Notes: generated by a model not told the origin, from the sequence alone. A stretch of DNA of 32,000 bases from Corynebacterium amycolatum (GCF_049243625.1 NZ_CP046975.1); one strand, 5' to 3'; counted from the first letter of the stretch, positions 1-9,371 are shown. Numbers and translations: made by a program.

Positions 1-996
1 GGTGATGGCATCGGCACGGAAGTTACGGCAGAGGCACTGAAGGTGCTGGGGGCTGCTATCGGCGAGTTCGACACCACCGAGTATGACCTCGGTTCGCGTC
101 GCTACTTGCGCAATGGCGAACTGCTCACCGACGCCGACCTTGACTCCCTGCGCGAGCACGACGCTATTCTGCTCGGTGCCATCGGTGACCCGGCGAACGT
201 TCCTCCGGGCGTTCTCGAACGCGGCCTGCTGCTGAAGATGCGCTTCGCGCTGGATCACCACGTCAACCTGCGTCCTTCCAAGCTCTTCCCGGGTGTCGAG
301 TCACCGCTGAAGAATCCGGGCGAAATTGATTTCGTGGTCGTCCGCGAGGGAACCGAAGGTGCCTACACCGGTAACGGCGGTGCGATTCGCGTCGGCACGC
401 CACACGAGGTTGCCAACGAGACCTCCGTCAATACCCGCTTCGGTGCTGAGCGCGTTGTTCGCTACGCCTTCGAGCTGGCTATGACCCGCCGCAAGAAGCT
501 GACTCTCGTCCACAAGACCAATGTGCTGGTGCACGGCGGCGGTATGTGGCAGCGTACGGTCGACGAGGTCGCTAAGGAATACCCTGAGGTAGATGTCGAT
601 TACTCGCACATCGACGCTGCGACGATTTACCTCGTCACTAATCCTTCGCGTTTCGACGTCATCGTCACCGACAATCTCTTCGGCGACATCATTACTGATG
701 AAGCTGGTGCAGTTTCGGGCGGTATTGGCCTGGCAGCGTCCGGCAACATTGACGCCTCCAATACCAACCCGTCCATGTTTGAGCCCGTTCACGGCTCCGC
801 GCCCGACATTGCTGGCAAGGGGATCGCTGACCCGACGGCAGCCATTCTGTCGGGTGCCATGATGCTTCGCCATCTGGGTCGTGAGGAAGACGCTCAGCGC
901 ATCGAAGCTGCTGTGGAAGCTGACATGGCTACCCGCGGTAGTGGCCCAATCAAGACCAGTGAAGTTGGCGACCGCATTGCTGCTGCTTTGAAGTAG
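1..996 (+). CDS. leuB: 3-isopropylmalate dehydrogenase, 5' end cut by window edge
   Basis: Frame 1 is open from nt 1 ([16 protein letters not shown] precedes the first Met of the 43..996 ORF). Isopropylmalate/isocitrate dehydrogenase signatures [25 protein letters not shown] and [18 protein letters not shown]. Stop TAG 994-996. Confidence 0.95.
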   Translation, partial: GDGIGTEVTAEALKVLGAAIGEFDTTEYDLGSRRYLRNGELLTDADLDSLREHDAILLGAIGDPANVPPGVLERGLLLKMRFALDHHVNLRPSKLFPGVESPLKNPGEIDFVVVREGTEGAYTGNGGAIRVGTPHEVANETSVNTRFGAERVVRYAFELAMTRRKKLTLVHKTNVLVHGGGMWQRTVDEVAKEYPEVDVDYSHIDAATIYLVTNPSRFDVIVTDNLFGDIITDEAGAVSGGIGLAASGNIDASNTNPSMFEPVHGSAPDIAGKGIADPTAAILSGAMMLRHLGREEDAQRIEAAVEADMATRGSGPIKTSEVGDRIAAALK

Positions 997-1041
997 CGCA
1001 TGCGGTAGTGCAAACAGTAGTGCAGTAAAACAGGGGAAGGG

Positions 1042-1695
1042 TTAGACAATCACAGTTTTGCCATCGACGGTAGTGATGTGAGTCTTACCGTCGGCGGTGT
1101 GCTCGATGAAGTCCGACGCATGTCCGACCTGGGCAAGCACATTGATGATGGTGTCGAGGGTGTGTGGGGAAGGGCTTTCTGCGCCGCCATCGGGGCCATT
1201 CCCTCCCAGCCCTGCCACCAGTGCATCCCTCGTAATCTCCGCATGTCCCAGGTGCTGAGCCGCCTCGTGGAAGACATGCACAATCACTCCTTCGATGCTG
1301 CCGCACCACCAACGGTCTTTATCGGTAGGAATCGCAGCAGGAGCACCAGCGCGGTCAACGCCTTGCAGCTCCACCAGCGCGGATTCAATAGCCGCGCGAT
1401 CACGGTGGTAAATCTCCAGCCCTTCCGAAACACTGCAATGAGCAGAAAACTCCCCATCGCGATTGCGGACATAATCGCGCCCAAGGCAGACGCGCTCGAG
1501 CCAGTACCTCGCTGATCCGGTCACATGACGCAGCAGCACGGCCAGGGAGTTTATGGCTGGGATGGGGAGGGGTGCGTTGAAGGTATCGTCGTCAAGCGTG
1601 GCGACGAGTGCCGCGAGCTTGTCCATCCTGCCGAGGATGTGGGCATCGAGCGGCCATTCGGGATTTGTGGAAGCGCTGTGTGTGGAATCGGTCAT
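1042..1695 (-). CDS. DinB-like (DinB_2 / mycothiol-dependent enzyme N-terminal type) metal-binding helical-bundle protein with extra C-terminal ~50 aa
   Basis: 217-aa ORF. His-bearing helices LLRHVTGSARYW and HVFHEAAQHLGHAEITRD resemble the DinB His triad. Gly/Pro linker followed by an unassigned tail. Convergent with leuB across a 45-nt gap. Confidence 0.55.
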   Translation of the reverse strand: MTDSTHSASTNPEWPLDAHILGRMDKLAALVATLDDDTFNAPLPIPAINSLAVLLRHVTGSARYWLERVCLGRDYVRNRDGEFSAHCSVSEGLEIYHRDRAAIESALVELQGVDRAGAPAAIPTDKDRWWCGSIEGVIVHVFHEAAQHLGHAEITRDALVAGLGGNGPDGGAESPSPHTLDTIINVLAQVGHASDFIEHTADGKTHITTVDGKTVIV

Positions 1696-1743
1696 AAGGT
1701 CGAGTATTCCCGCAAATCACTCCTATTGGGGCCAAAAATAGGG

Positions 1744-1749
1744 GATAAT
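1744..1749 (+). promoter_or_regulatory. -10 box GATAAT placed 7 nt before ATG 1757 (predicted leaderless transcript)
   Basis: GATAAT at 1744-1749, a 7-nt spacer tgacccc, then the ATG. No Shine-Dalgarno sequence is possible in that space. Confidence 0.4.
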
Positions 1750-1756
1750 TGACCCC

Positions 1757-3631
1757 ATGACCGTCGAGCTTGCGGAAATCGCAGACTTCCTCAGCCAAAC
1801 TCGCCCGTTTTCGGACCTTACCGATGAAGAGCGCGCAACTATCCCACCGCTTTTGACCATGCGCTATGCCCGTCGTGGCACGGAGATTATCCGGGCGGGT
1901 GCGGATAACAATAGCTGTTTCATTATTCGCTCCGGCATGGTGGATCTCTTCGACCCAGCTGGCACACTGCTGGACAGACGAGATGTGGGAGATCATTTCG
2001 GCTATTCGACGCTGCTGAGCAGTGACCCTTCGCTATACACGATGACGGCGGTGGAGGACTGCGTATTCCTGGTGATCTCCAAGGAGGTCTTTAACCACCT
2101 CAATGACCAGTTCGTAGAGGTCCGGCGCTATTACGGCGGTGAGAACGCGCGCATTCGCGCAGTGGCCTCGAAGTTGCGGAGCACTGCGGCATCGGAGTCG
2201 TTGCGCACACGGGTTGCGGACCTAATGGAAACGTCGCTGGTGACCTGCAGCGCCGATGCGACAGTGCAAGAGGCGGCGCAGATTATGACGGAGTGGAATG
2301 TCTCCAGTCTGCTGGTGATGGAGTCTGCAGGCGCTAATCAGAGCCCACTCGTTGGCATCATCACGGACCGCGACCTCCGTCGTCGAGTCCTGGCAGAGGC
2401 CAAGCCCGCGGCGACGCTCGTAAGCGAAGTGATGACCGAGACCCCGGAAACCATTAGTCCCGACCTGCTGGTTTTCGAGGCCATGCTGCTGATGGCCGAG
2501 CGCGGTTACCACCACCTGCCAGTGCATGACGGGACGAGAGTGGTCGGCATGATTGTTATTGGTGACCTCCTGCGCAGTCTGCACACCGATCCCGTGTATG
2601 CGACGGCGACGCTGGCGCGAAAGAGCGATATCTCAGAGATTGCAGAGATTGCCCAGAACGCGCGACGAATTGTCGGCCGGTTCATTGACCGGGGTGATTC
2701 GGGGGAGGAGGTCTCGAAGCTGCTGACTGCCGTGGCCGATGCTGTTACCCGGCGCCTGGTTGCTCTCGCCGAGGAAAAGCTCGGGCCCCCACCGGTCAGC
2801 TACGCGATTGCAGTCCTGGGCTCGCATGGGCGCGGAGAGATGGGGCTCGCATCCGATCAGGACAATGCGCTGGTTCTCGCCGACGACTACGACGCCGACG
2901 TTCACGCTGACTATTTCGCCGCGCTTAGCGACGAGATTTGCACTAACCTCGACCGAGTCGGTTATCCGCTCTGTACAGGGGATATGATGGCCAGCAATCC
3001 CGCGTGGAGGATGACTAAGTCGCAGTGGTTGCGCACTTTCCACGGGTGGATCACTGTGCCGGAGGCGGAAGCCCTGTTGCATGCGCAGACCTTCTTCGAC
3101 ATGCGTGGGGTGGCGGGCGACGTGCAACTAGTGGAGGAACTGCGCGCCGCCTACCTGCCGCTGGCGCAGGGGTCGCAGCGCCTGCACGCGCACTTGGCCA
3201 AACTCGCGGCCTGGCGGGAGCCGCCGCTCGGCTTCTTCCGTGGCCTGGTGCTGGAAAAGGGCGGCGAGCACGCGGAAACCCTGGACATCAAGAAGGGGGG
3301 AACTGCTGCTGTGGTGCAGATCGCGCGTCTATTTGCTGTGGCAGCTGGTCTGCCACAGCAATCGACACGTGAACGTTTGGCGGCAAGTGCCGGAGCCGGA
3401 AGCGTGAGTCGTCAAGGTGCTCAGGACCTTGCGGATGCGTTCGAGTTCCTGTGCACGGTGCAGCTTCATCACCAGCAGGCCCAGTTCAACGCCGGCACCC
3501 AGCCGAATAACCACATCTACCCGAAGCGCCTATCAAGCCTGGAAAGAGAGCACCTGCGTGACGCGTTTGGTGTTATCCGCAAGTTGCAGCAGAGTCTCGG
3601 GGCGAAGTATCCCATCCGGGCGATGTCGTGA
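1757..3631 (+). CDS. Sensor nucleotidyltransferase: cyclic-nucleotide-binding domain + CBS pair + DUF294 (GlnD/GlnE-like pol-beta NTase) + DUF294_C
   Basis: 624 aa. N-terminal cNMP-binding-like beta-barrel (RGTEIIRAGADNNSCFIIRSGMVDLF). Two CBS repeats (VTCSADATVQEAAQIM...GIITDRDL; ISPDLLVFEAMLLMAERGYHHLPV). NTase motif AVLGSHGRGEMGLASDQDNALVL (about 2800-2878). Confidence 0.85.
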   Translation: MTVELAEIADFLSQTRPFSDLTDEERATIPPLLTMRYARRGTEIIRAGADNNSCFIIRSGMVDLFDPAGTLLDRRDVGDHFGYSTLLSSDPSLYTMTAVEDCVFLVISKEVFNHLNDQFVEVRRYYGGENARIRAVASKLRSTAASESLRTRVADLMETSLVTCSADATVQEAAQIMTEWNVSSLLVMESAGANQSPLVGIITDRDLRRRVLAEAKPAATLVSEVMTETPETISPDLLVFEAMLLMAERGYHHLPVHDGTRVVGMIVIGDLLRSLHTDPVYATATLARKSDISEIAEIAQNARRIVGRFIDRGDSGEEVSKLLTAVADAVTRRLVALAEEKLGPPPVSYAIAVLGSHGRGEMGLASDQDNALVLADDYDADVHADYFAALSDEICTNLDRVGYPLCTGDMMASNPAWRMTKSQWLRTFHGWITVPEAEALLHAQTFFDMRGVAGDVQLVEELRAAYLPLAQGSQRLHAHLAKLAAWREPPLGFFRGLVLEKGGEHAETLDIKKGGTAAVVQIARLFAVAAGLPQQSTRERLAASAGAGSVSRQGAQDLADAFEFLCTVQLHHQQAQFNAGTQPNNHIYPKRLSSLEREHLRDAFGVIRKLQQSLGAKYPIRAMS

Positions 3632-3632
3632 T

Positions 3633-3658
3633 TTAGCTGTGTGAGTTAGCTGTGTGAG
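3633..3658. repeat. Perfect tandem duplication 2 x 13 nt (TTAGCTGTGTGAG)
   Basis: Copy A is 3633-3645 and copy B is 3646-3658. It fills most of the 33-nt spacer between the NTase stop (TGA 3629-3631) and the exonuclease ATG (3665). Confidence 0.95.
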
Positions 3659-3664
3659 CACGCA

Positions 3665-4252
3665 ATGTTGAAGTTTTTCAAACCTCGCAAGAAAATCCTG
3701 GACGCACCTATCCGCGACAATGCTTGGCTCGCGGTAGACGTGGAAACCACAGGTCTGGATCCTTCCAAAGATCAGCTGCTTTCCATCGGTTGGGTTGCGG
3801 TGGAAGACCACGACATCGTGCTGGAGGAATCCGGTCACCTTCTCATTCGCCCAGAGCGCGAGGAGGTGAGCGTCGGCGAGTCGGCGACGGTGCATGGGCT
3901 TACCGACGACATGGTCGCAACCGGGGTAGAGGCAGAAGTAGCCGTCGGCAAGCTGTTAGAAGCTCTGCGGGGACGGAAGCTGCTGGCGCACTACGCGCGG
4001 ATGGAAGTTGGGTTCCTGGATCCGTTGTGCCGGAAGTACTTTGATGCCCGCTTTGATGTGCCGGTGGCGGACACTATGACACGCGAGTACGACGCGATTC
4101 TGCGAGCCAACCGCGAGCCGGTCCGTGATGAGCTGCGGTTGTGGTCACTGTGCGACAAGTACGGCATTCCCCGTTTTAAGGCCCATCACGCGTTCAACGA
4201 TGCGCTGGCTTGTGCACTGGTGTGGCTTGCGCAGGAATCGCGCGGAGTTTAA
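3665..4252 (+). CDS. DEDDh 3'-5' exonuclease (DnaQ/epsilon-like, stand-alone)
   Basis: 195 aa. ExoI motif WLAVDVETTGLDP (3731-3760), ExoII-like region HYARMEVGFL, ExoIII motif HHAFNDALACA (H-x4-D). As I recall, the equivalent C. glutamicum gene is annotated dnaQ2. Confidence 0.85.
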   Translation: MLKFFKPRKKILDAPIRDNAWLAVDVETTGLDPSKDQLLSIGWVAVEDHDIVLEESGHLLIRPEREEVSVGESATVHGLTDDMVATGVEAEVAVGKLLEALRGRKLLAHYARMEVGFLDPLCRKYFDARFDVPVADTMTREYDAILRANREPVRDELRLWSLCDKYGIPRFKAHHAFNDALACALVWLAQESRGV

Positions 4253-4317
4253 ATCGTAAGTGTTTGAGAGTGGGGGTCGTTGCATAATTATTGCAATGTG
4301 ACGTGTACCCTATTTTT

Positions 4318-5106
4318 ATGCGTATTGCTCGAATCGCCCACCCAGAGGGCATGTGCTTCGCGCTCGTCGAGGGCGAAGGCAATGAAGTTACTTTGCACGA
4401 GATCGAAGGGCACCCTTTCGGTCAGCTGAATAAGACTGGTCGTTCCTGGCCGCTTGCCGACGTACGTCTGCTCGCCCCGATGCTGCCGTCGAAGGTCATC
4501 GCTATTGGTCGTAACTACGCTGACCACGTCGCCGAGGTGTTCAAGAAGTCGGCAGAATCGCTGCCGCCGACGATGTTCATTAAGCCGCCGACGGCCGTTA
4601 TTGGTCCGGAAGCGCCGATTCGCATTCCGGATTTCGCCACTAACGTCGAGTTTGAGGGCGAGCTGGCACTGGTTATTGGTAAGCCGTGCAAGAACGTGAA
4701 GAAGGAAAACGCTCACGATGTAATCTTCGGATACACCATCGTCAATGATGTTTCTTCCCGTGACCTGCAGTTTGCCGACGGTCAGTGGGCGCGCGCAAAG
4801 GGTATCGATACCTTCTGCCCGCTGGGCCCGTGGATCCAGACGGAGCTGGACTACAACGAGCTGCCAATCAAGGCGCACCTGACTCACGAGGGTGTTACCG
4901 AGACTAAGCAGGACTCCAACTCCAACCAGATGATTATGTCCATCCCGGAGATCATCGAGTTCATCACCGCCTCGATTACGCTGCTGCCGGGTGACGTCAT
5001 CTGCACCGGCTCCCCGGCCGGTACCGCTGCGATGTTCCCGGGCGACCGCATCGAAATCGAGATTCCGGGTATCGGCAAGCTGGCCAACCCGGTGGAGCGG
5101 GCTTAA
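4318..5106 (+). CDS. odx: Fumarylacetoacetate hydrolase (FAH) family protein, oxaloacetate decarboxylase-like
   Basis: Start taken at ATG 4318 (MRIARIAHPEG...). The TTG at 4291 adds 9 aa that overlap a promoter-like region. FAH-family motifs IAIGRNYADH, EFEGELALVIGK, DVSSRDLQ, GTPAG-like GSPAGT. The symbol comes from recalled synteny with C. glutamicum odx next to the cNMP/CBS gene and dnaQ2. Confidence 0.85.
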   Translation: MRIARIAHPEGMCFALVEGEGNEVTLHEIEGHPFGQLNKTGRSWPLADVRLLAPMLPSKVIAIGRNYADHVAEVFKKSAESLPPTMFIKPPTAVIGPEAPIRIPDFATNVEFEGELALVIGKPCKNVKKENAHDVIFGYTIVNDVSSRDLQFADGQWARAKGIDTFCPLGPWIQTELDYNELPIKAHLTHEGVTETKQDSNSNQMIMSIPEIIEFITASITLLPGDVICTGSPAGTAAMFPGDRIEIEIPGIGKLANPVERA

Positions 5107-6335
5107 GCCCCCTTAACTCCAAAAGCGCGGAGCACAGTGCCCATTTTGGCGCTGGTTTCCGTGACTTCTTCTTCTGGGTCGGAGTGCGACACAATGCCGC
5201 CTCCGGCCCATAGTCGTGCCACGGACCCCTCAGTGTCGATTTCGGCACAGCGAATGGAGACCACGAACTCACCATCGCCATTCTCATCGCACCAGCCGAC
5301 AGCGCCGGAGTAGAAGCCCCGGTCGGTTTCCACGGCCTGGATGACACCGAAGGCGGATTCCGTCGGCGTGCCACAAATGGCAGGTGTTGGGTGCACCACC
5401 AGTGCCAAATCCAGCGCGGACAGCGACGGATCCTTCAATCGACCGCGGATATGTGTGGCCAAGTGCCACATCTCGGCGGTGCTCATCAGCTCGGGGCTGT
5501 CCGGAACATCCAGCGAACTGCACAGCGGCGCCAGGTTGTCGGCGATGTCATCGACAACGAAGGCGTGTTCATCCAGGTTCTTGCGCGAGTCCGCTAAACG
5601 ACGAGCCGACGCCCGGTCCGCCTCTTCATTTCGGGATCTCGGCAGCGACCCGGCCAAGGGAAATGCCTCAACGATGTCACCCGTACGGCGGACCAGCATC
5701 TCCGGGGAGGAACCGATGAGCAACTTGCCCTCATAATCGGAACCGGCGGGAGAGAGATCCACGACAAAGCCATCACGGTTGGGGGATCCGTCGATAAGCC
5801 GCGATGCGAGAAGGAGTGGGTCAATCGGGGGATCGATTTCGAGTTCCACAGCGCGCGCGAGCACGACCTTTTCCAGCGCCGAGTACTCGATGGTGCGGAT
5901 GGCTGCGGCGATGCGCTCAGCGTGCTCAACGAGCGGGGGATCGTAAGCGACGATGCTGGCGTGAGGCTTCGGTGCGTTCCAGCGGTAGTGCGCGGGTGGC
6001 TCCAGCGGCTGCGAGGAGCGGATGACTTCCCGGGGAACGGTCAGGGCGGCGGGCTTGTCCAAGTCGAAGGGCAGGGCGCCGACCACCATCTTGTGAATGC
6101 CCGAGTGCAGTCCCTCGGCTGCGAGCCAGGGGTCGGAAATCTGCTCTTCAATACCTTGCGTGCGGATGGAGCCGTGCGCACGGGAGAGCAAAAAATCAGG
6201 AGCGGTGGTTGGGCGGGACGTGTCCCAGCGCGTCGAACGTTTCGGAGTCGCTGCAGGCTCGTTCGACGGGTGAGACTTTTCCTGCTGCTCTTCTTCGTTT
6301 CCGCCGCCCAGAGAGGGGTGGTTTTCCATGGACAT
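5103..6335 (-). CDS. Isochorismate synthase (MenF/EntC family chorismate-binding enzyme)
   Basis: Chorismate-binding C-terminal motifs: HPTPAICGTP, DRGFYSGAVGW, SIRCAEI, AGGGIVSHSDPEEE. Start chosen at ATG 6335 because a GAGGAGG Shine-Dalgarno sequence (6347-6353) lies 11 nt upstream. The track start (TTG 6356) sits inside that SD. Confidence 0.85.
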   Translation of the reverse strand: MSMENHPSLGGGNEEEQQEKSHPSNEPAATPKRSTRWDTSRPTTAPDFLLSRAHGSIRTQGIEEQISDPWLAAEGLHSGIHKMVVGALPFDLDKPAALTVPREVIRSSQPLEPPAHYRWNAPKPHASIVAYDPPLVEHAERIAAAIRTIEYSALEKVVLARAVELEIDPPIDPLLLASRLIDGSPNRDGFVVDLSPAGSDYEGKLLIGSSPEMLVRRTGDIVEAFPLAGSLPRSRNEEADRASARRLADSRKNLDEHAFVVDDIADNLAPLCSSLDVPDSPELMSTAEMWHLATHIRGRLKDPSLSALDLALVVHPTPAICGTPTESAFGVIQAVETDRGFYSGAVGWCDENGDGEFVVSIRCAEIDTEGSVARLWAGGGIVSHSDPEEEVTETSAKMGTVLRAFGVKGA

Positions 6336-6391
6336 CGCCCTAACCCGCCTCCTCAATCTAAACCCAATTGTGCTCCAGTTTAAGGGGCAGG

Positions 6392-7114
6392 CTAACCCCT
6401 GCCCAAAAAGGGCATACCCGCAGCGGTAATCGTAAGCTGATCGATGACGGCACCTGCCGGCAGATTCGCGGCGTAGAGGAAAGTTTCCGCAGCCTGCTTG
6501 GCATCGAACATCGGCTCGCTGCCTGTGAACGTCCCCAACAGGTCAGTCTGCGCATTGCCAATATCAATGCGCGTTGCCGTGATGCCATACTCGCGTCCGT
6601 CGAGGGCAAGCACGTGGGTCATTCCGGCAAGCGCGCTTTTCGACGTCGCGTACGCCGCCGTGTGCGCTCTCGGCACCTGCGCTGCGATAGAACAATTGAC
6701 CAGGATTCGGCCGCCCGCTTGCTCTGTCTTCCCCTCGCACCCCGCCTTCATCCGCGAAAAAGCCTCGCGTGCACACAGGTACGAGCCGACCACATTCGTA
6801 TCGATGACCGCCCGGAAGTCCTCAATGTCAGTCTCTCCGAACTCCGCGGGCGTGCCGGGCAGCCCCGCATTGAGCACTGCAACATCGATGGTTCCCGTAG
6901 CCACCTGCGCGTTCTCAAACATCGCACGGACCTGCTCAGGATCGGTGATGTCACACCTGGAGTAGGTGATGTTGTCCGCTTCGGCGGCAACAGTCTCGAG
7001 CGCGTCGATACGCCTGCCGCAGATATGCACGTGCCAGCCATCGGCGGCGAAAGCCAGAGCAATTTCGCGACCAATGCCCGCGCCGCCACCAGTTACTACT
7101 ACCGTTTTGGTCAT
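6392..7114 (-). CDS. Short-chain dehydrogenase/reductase (classical SDR)
   Basis: TGGGAGIGREIA cofactor motif, NAG, and S...YATSK catalytic motif. Start is either ATG 7114 (MTKTVVVTGGG) or ATG 7123. Confidence 0.85.
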   Translation of the reverse strand: MTKTVVVTGGGAGIGREIALAFAADGWHVHICGRRIDALETVAAEADNITYSRCDITDPEQVRAMFENAQVATGTIDVAVLNAGLPGTPAEFGETDIEDFRAVIDTNVVGSYLCAREAFSRMKAGCEGKTEQAGGRILVNCSIAAQVPRAHTAAYATSKSALAGMTHVLALDGREYGITATRIDIGNAQTDLLGTFTGSEPMFDAKQAAETFLYAANLPAGAVIDQLTITAAGMPFLGRG

Positions 7115-7826
7115 GAGCACCATTATTAACTGTTCTACGGTCTACGCACACATGTCCCCGCACGACGCCGTCAACGCCGCGCGTGACGACGGCTACGCGG
7201 CCGTGGAATTCTGGTGGCCATTTGACCTCGCAGTGCCCGCACCCGATGAGGTTTCCGCTTTTTGTGACCTCTTTGACGACAGCCTTGGTCTTTATGCCAT
7301 GAACCTGTGGGGAGGGGACATGGCAGCGGGACAGCGGGGAGTGCTCGATACAGACGGGTTGCCTGCCGGACACTTGGAAGCAGTCAGCCAGATTGCGAGT
7401 GCCACGGGGTTGAAGTGCTCGAATGTGCTGCTGGGGCGGTCTGGGGAGCTAACGGACTTGCAGGTGCAGAGGCTAACTGAGATCACTGCCCAGCTGGAGC
7501 TCAGTGGTGTCCGCGCGTTGATTGAGCCACTGTCCGGGATGAGCGATTATCCCATTACCGATCCCTGGCAGGCCGAGGAGTTAGCGCAACAGACTGGTGC
7601 TGGCGTGCTCGCGGACTTTTACCATTTTGCGGCCAATGGCGTGGACGTGGATGCCTGGCTCACCGATGTGGAGGCCGGAAGAGTGAGTCTGCCGGCGCAC
7701 GTCCAGATTGCCGATTTCCCAGGCCGCGGCGCGCCGGGCACCGGCGGGGTGCCGCTGCGCAGCTGGGTTGAGCGGCTGCGCGCCGCTGGATACGCCGGTG
7801 AAGTGGCTGGGGAATGGACTCTGTAA
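7113..7826 (+). CDS. Hydroxypyruvate isomerase-like / xylose-isomerase-like TIM-barrel protein
   Basis: MSTIINCSTVYAH..AARDDGYAAVEFWWPF resembles the Hyi N-terminus (ANLSMLF...AGFDAVEF). The part of the 6966 ORF upstream of 7113 is antisense to the SDR gene and is rejected. Confidence 0.65.
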   Translation: MSTIINCSTVYAHMSPHDAVNAARDDGYAAVEFWWPFDLAVPAPDEVSAFCDLFDDSLGLYAMNLWGGDMAAGQRGVLDTDGLPAGHLEAVSQIASATGLKCSNVLLGRSGELTDLQVQRLTEITAQLELSGVRALIEPLSGMSDYPITDPWQAEELAQQTGAGVLADFYHFAANGVDVDAWLTDVEAGRVSLPAHVQIADFPGRGAPGTGGVPLRSWVERLRAAGYAGEVAGEWTL

Positions 7827-7883
7827 CCCTATGTAAAACCCTATGCATGCCTGCAGGTGGGAGGGCGGGTATCGTGGGAAAGC

Positions 7884-9371
7884 ATGTCAGATGTTCGCGT
7901 ACGCTTTTGCCCGTCGCCAACCGGTACCCCGCACGTTGGCCTCATCCGCACCGCCCTGTTCAATTGGGCATATGCCCGTCACACTGGTGGCAAGCTGGTC
8001 TTCCGCATCGAAGATACCGATGCCGCTCGCGACTCCGAAGAGTCCTATCAGGCAATCATCGAGGCCCTGAATTGGCTCGGTATTGACTGGGACGAGGGCA
8101 TCGATGTCGGCGGTCCGCACGGCCCGTACCGCCAGTCGCAGCGCAAGGACATCTACGCCGATGTGTTGCAGCGCCTCATTGACGCTGGTGAAGCTTACGA
8201 GGCCTTTTCCACCGCTGAAGAGGTTGAGGAGCGCCACAAGGCCGCCGGCCGTGACCCGAAGCTGGGCTACGACAACTACGACCGCAACCTCACCGAGGAG
8301 CAGAAGGAAGCCTTCCGCGCAGAGGGGCGCAAGCCGGTGATCCGCCTGCGCATGCCGGACGAGGACATTGTCTTCGAGGACCTCGTTCGCGGTCGCATTG
8401 AGTTCAAGGCCGGCCTGGTTCCGGACTTTGTCATCGCCCGCTCCAACGGTGAACCTCTCTACACACTGGTTAACCCGGTGGATGACGCTCTAATGGAGAT
8501 CACTCACGTCCTGCGTGGTGAGGACCTGCTGCCATCGACTCCGCGTCAGATTGCTCTCTACGAGTCGCTGAAGCGCATCGGTGTCGCCAAGTTCACTCCG
8601 GAGTTCGGCCACCTGCCGTTCGTGATGGGCGAGGGCAACAAGAAACTGTCCAAACGCGACCCACAGTCCAACCTCTTCATCCACCGCGATAACGGTTTCA
8701 TTCGCGAGGGTCTGCTGAACTACCTGGCGCTGCTGGGCTGGTCCATGGACGGCGATCAGGACATCTTCACCATGGACGAGATGGTCAAGGCTTTCGACAT
8801 CCACGATGTGCTGTCCAACCCGGCCCGCTTCGACCAGAAGAAGGCCGACGCTATCAACGCTGACCACATCCGCATGCTCGATCCGAAGGACTTCGAACAG
8901 CGTCTGCGCACCTACCTGGAAAGCCACTTCGACTTCCCGGCCGACTACCCGGAGGATAAGTTCGCTTTCCTGGCAACGCTGCTGCAGACCCGTGTGAAGA
9001 CGCTTTCCGACGCCTGGGACCTCTCGAAGTTCCTGGTTGTGGAAGAGGGCGAGTTCACCTTCGATGAGCGCTCGGCACGCCGTAACTTCAAGGAAGACGC
9101 CGTCGCTGTCCTGGAGGCCACCATTGCAGCTGTGGAACCGCTCAGCGAAGAGGACTTCGTCACCGAGAAGCTCGAAGCTGCACTTCAGAAGGCCCTCATC
9201 GAGGACCTGGAGCTGAAGCCACGCAAGGCCTTTGGCCCGGTGCGCGTGGCTGTAACTGGTGCTCAGGTATCGCCGCCGCTGTTCGAGTCCATGGAGCTGC
9301 TTGGCCGCAGCCGTAGCCTGAGTCGACTGCGCAAGGCTCTCGAGGTCACTCCTTTTACTGCTGCTCAGTAA
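7884..9371 (+). CDS. gltX: Glutamyl-tRNA synthetase
   Basis: [28 protein letters not shown] (HIGH-type motif) and KLSKRD (KMSKS-type motif). Start at ATG 7884. Confidence 0.95.
   Translation: MSDVRVRFCPSPTGTPHVGLIRTALFNWAYARHTGGKLVFRIEDTDAARDSEESYQAIIEALNWLGIDWDEGIDVGGPHGPYRQSQRKDIYADVLQRLIDAGEAYEAFSTAEEVEERHKAAGRDPKLGYDNYDRNLTEEQKEAFRAEGRKPVIRLRMPDEDIVFEDLVRGRIEFKAGLVPDFVIARSNGEPLYTLVNPVDDALMEITHVLRGEDLLPSTPRQIALYESLKRIGVAKFTPEFGHLPFVMGEGNKKLSKRDPQSNLFIHRDNGFIREGLLNYLALLGWSMDGDQDIFTMDEMVKAFDIHDVLSNPARFDQKKADAINADHIRMLDPKDFEQRLRTYLESHFDFPADYPEDKFAFLATLLQTRVKTLSDAWDLSKFLVVEEGEFTFDERSARRNFKEDAVAVLEATIAAVEPLSEEDFVTEKLEAALQKALIEDLELKPRKAFGPVRVAVTGAQVSPPLFESMELLGRSRSLSRLRKALEVTPFTAAQ

Noticed and set aside
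4280-4296. Inverted repeat TTGCA-n7-TGCAA over a CATAAT -10-like hexamer upstream of the FAH/odx-like gene, considered as an operator.
   Set aside because: The arms are only 5 bp, the core is AT-rich, and no regulator gene is adjacent. This is too weak to call without comparative or binding data.
5103-5106. Convergent genes with overlapping stop codons: cTTAAg at 5103-5106 and TTAG at 23473-23476. There is also a 4-nt gap at 31429-31432.
   Set aside because: Noted as evidence of extreme packing and absence of terminators. Overlaps like these are common in compact high-GC genomes and carry no specific functional implication by themselves.
6385-6404. Hairpin GGGCAGG-n6-CCTGCCC at the SDR stop codon, considered as an intrinsic terminator between the SDR and isochorismate synthase genes.
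   Set aside because: On the transcribed (minus) strand the T-run lies upstream of the stem, not downstream. On the plus strand the stem is followed by an A-run. It therefore does not fit a canonical terminator and may be coincidental, since it encodes the C-terminal FLGRG.
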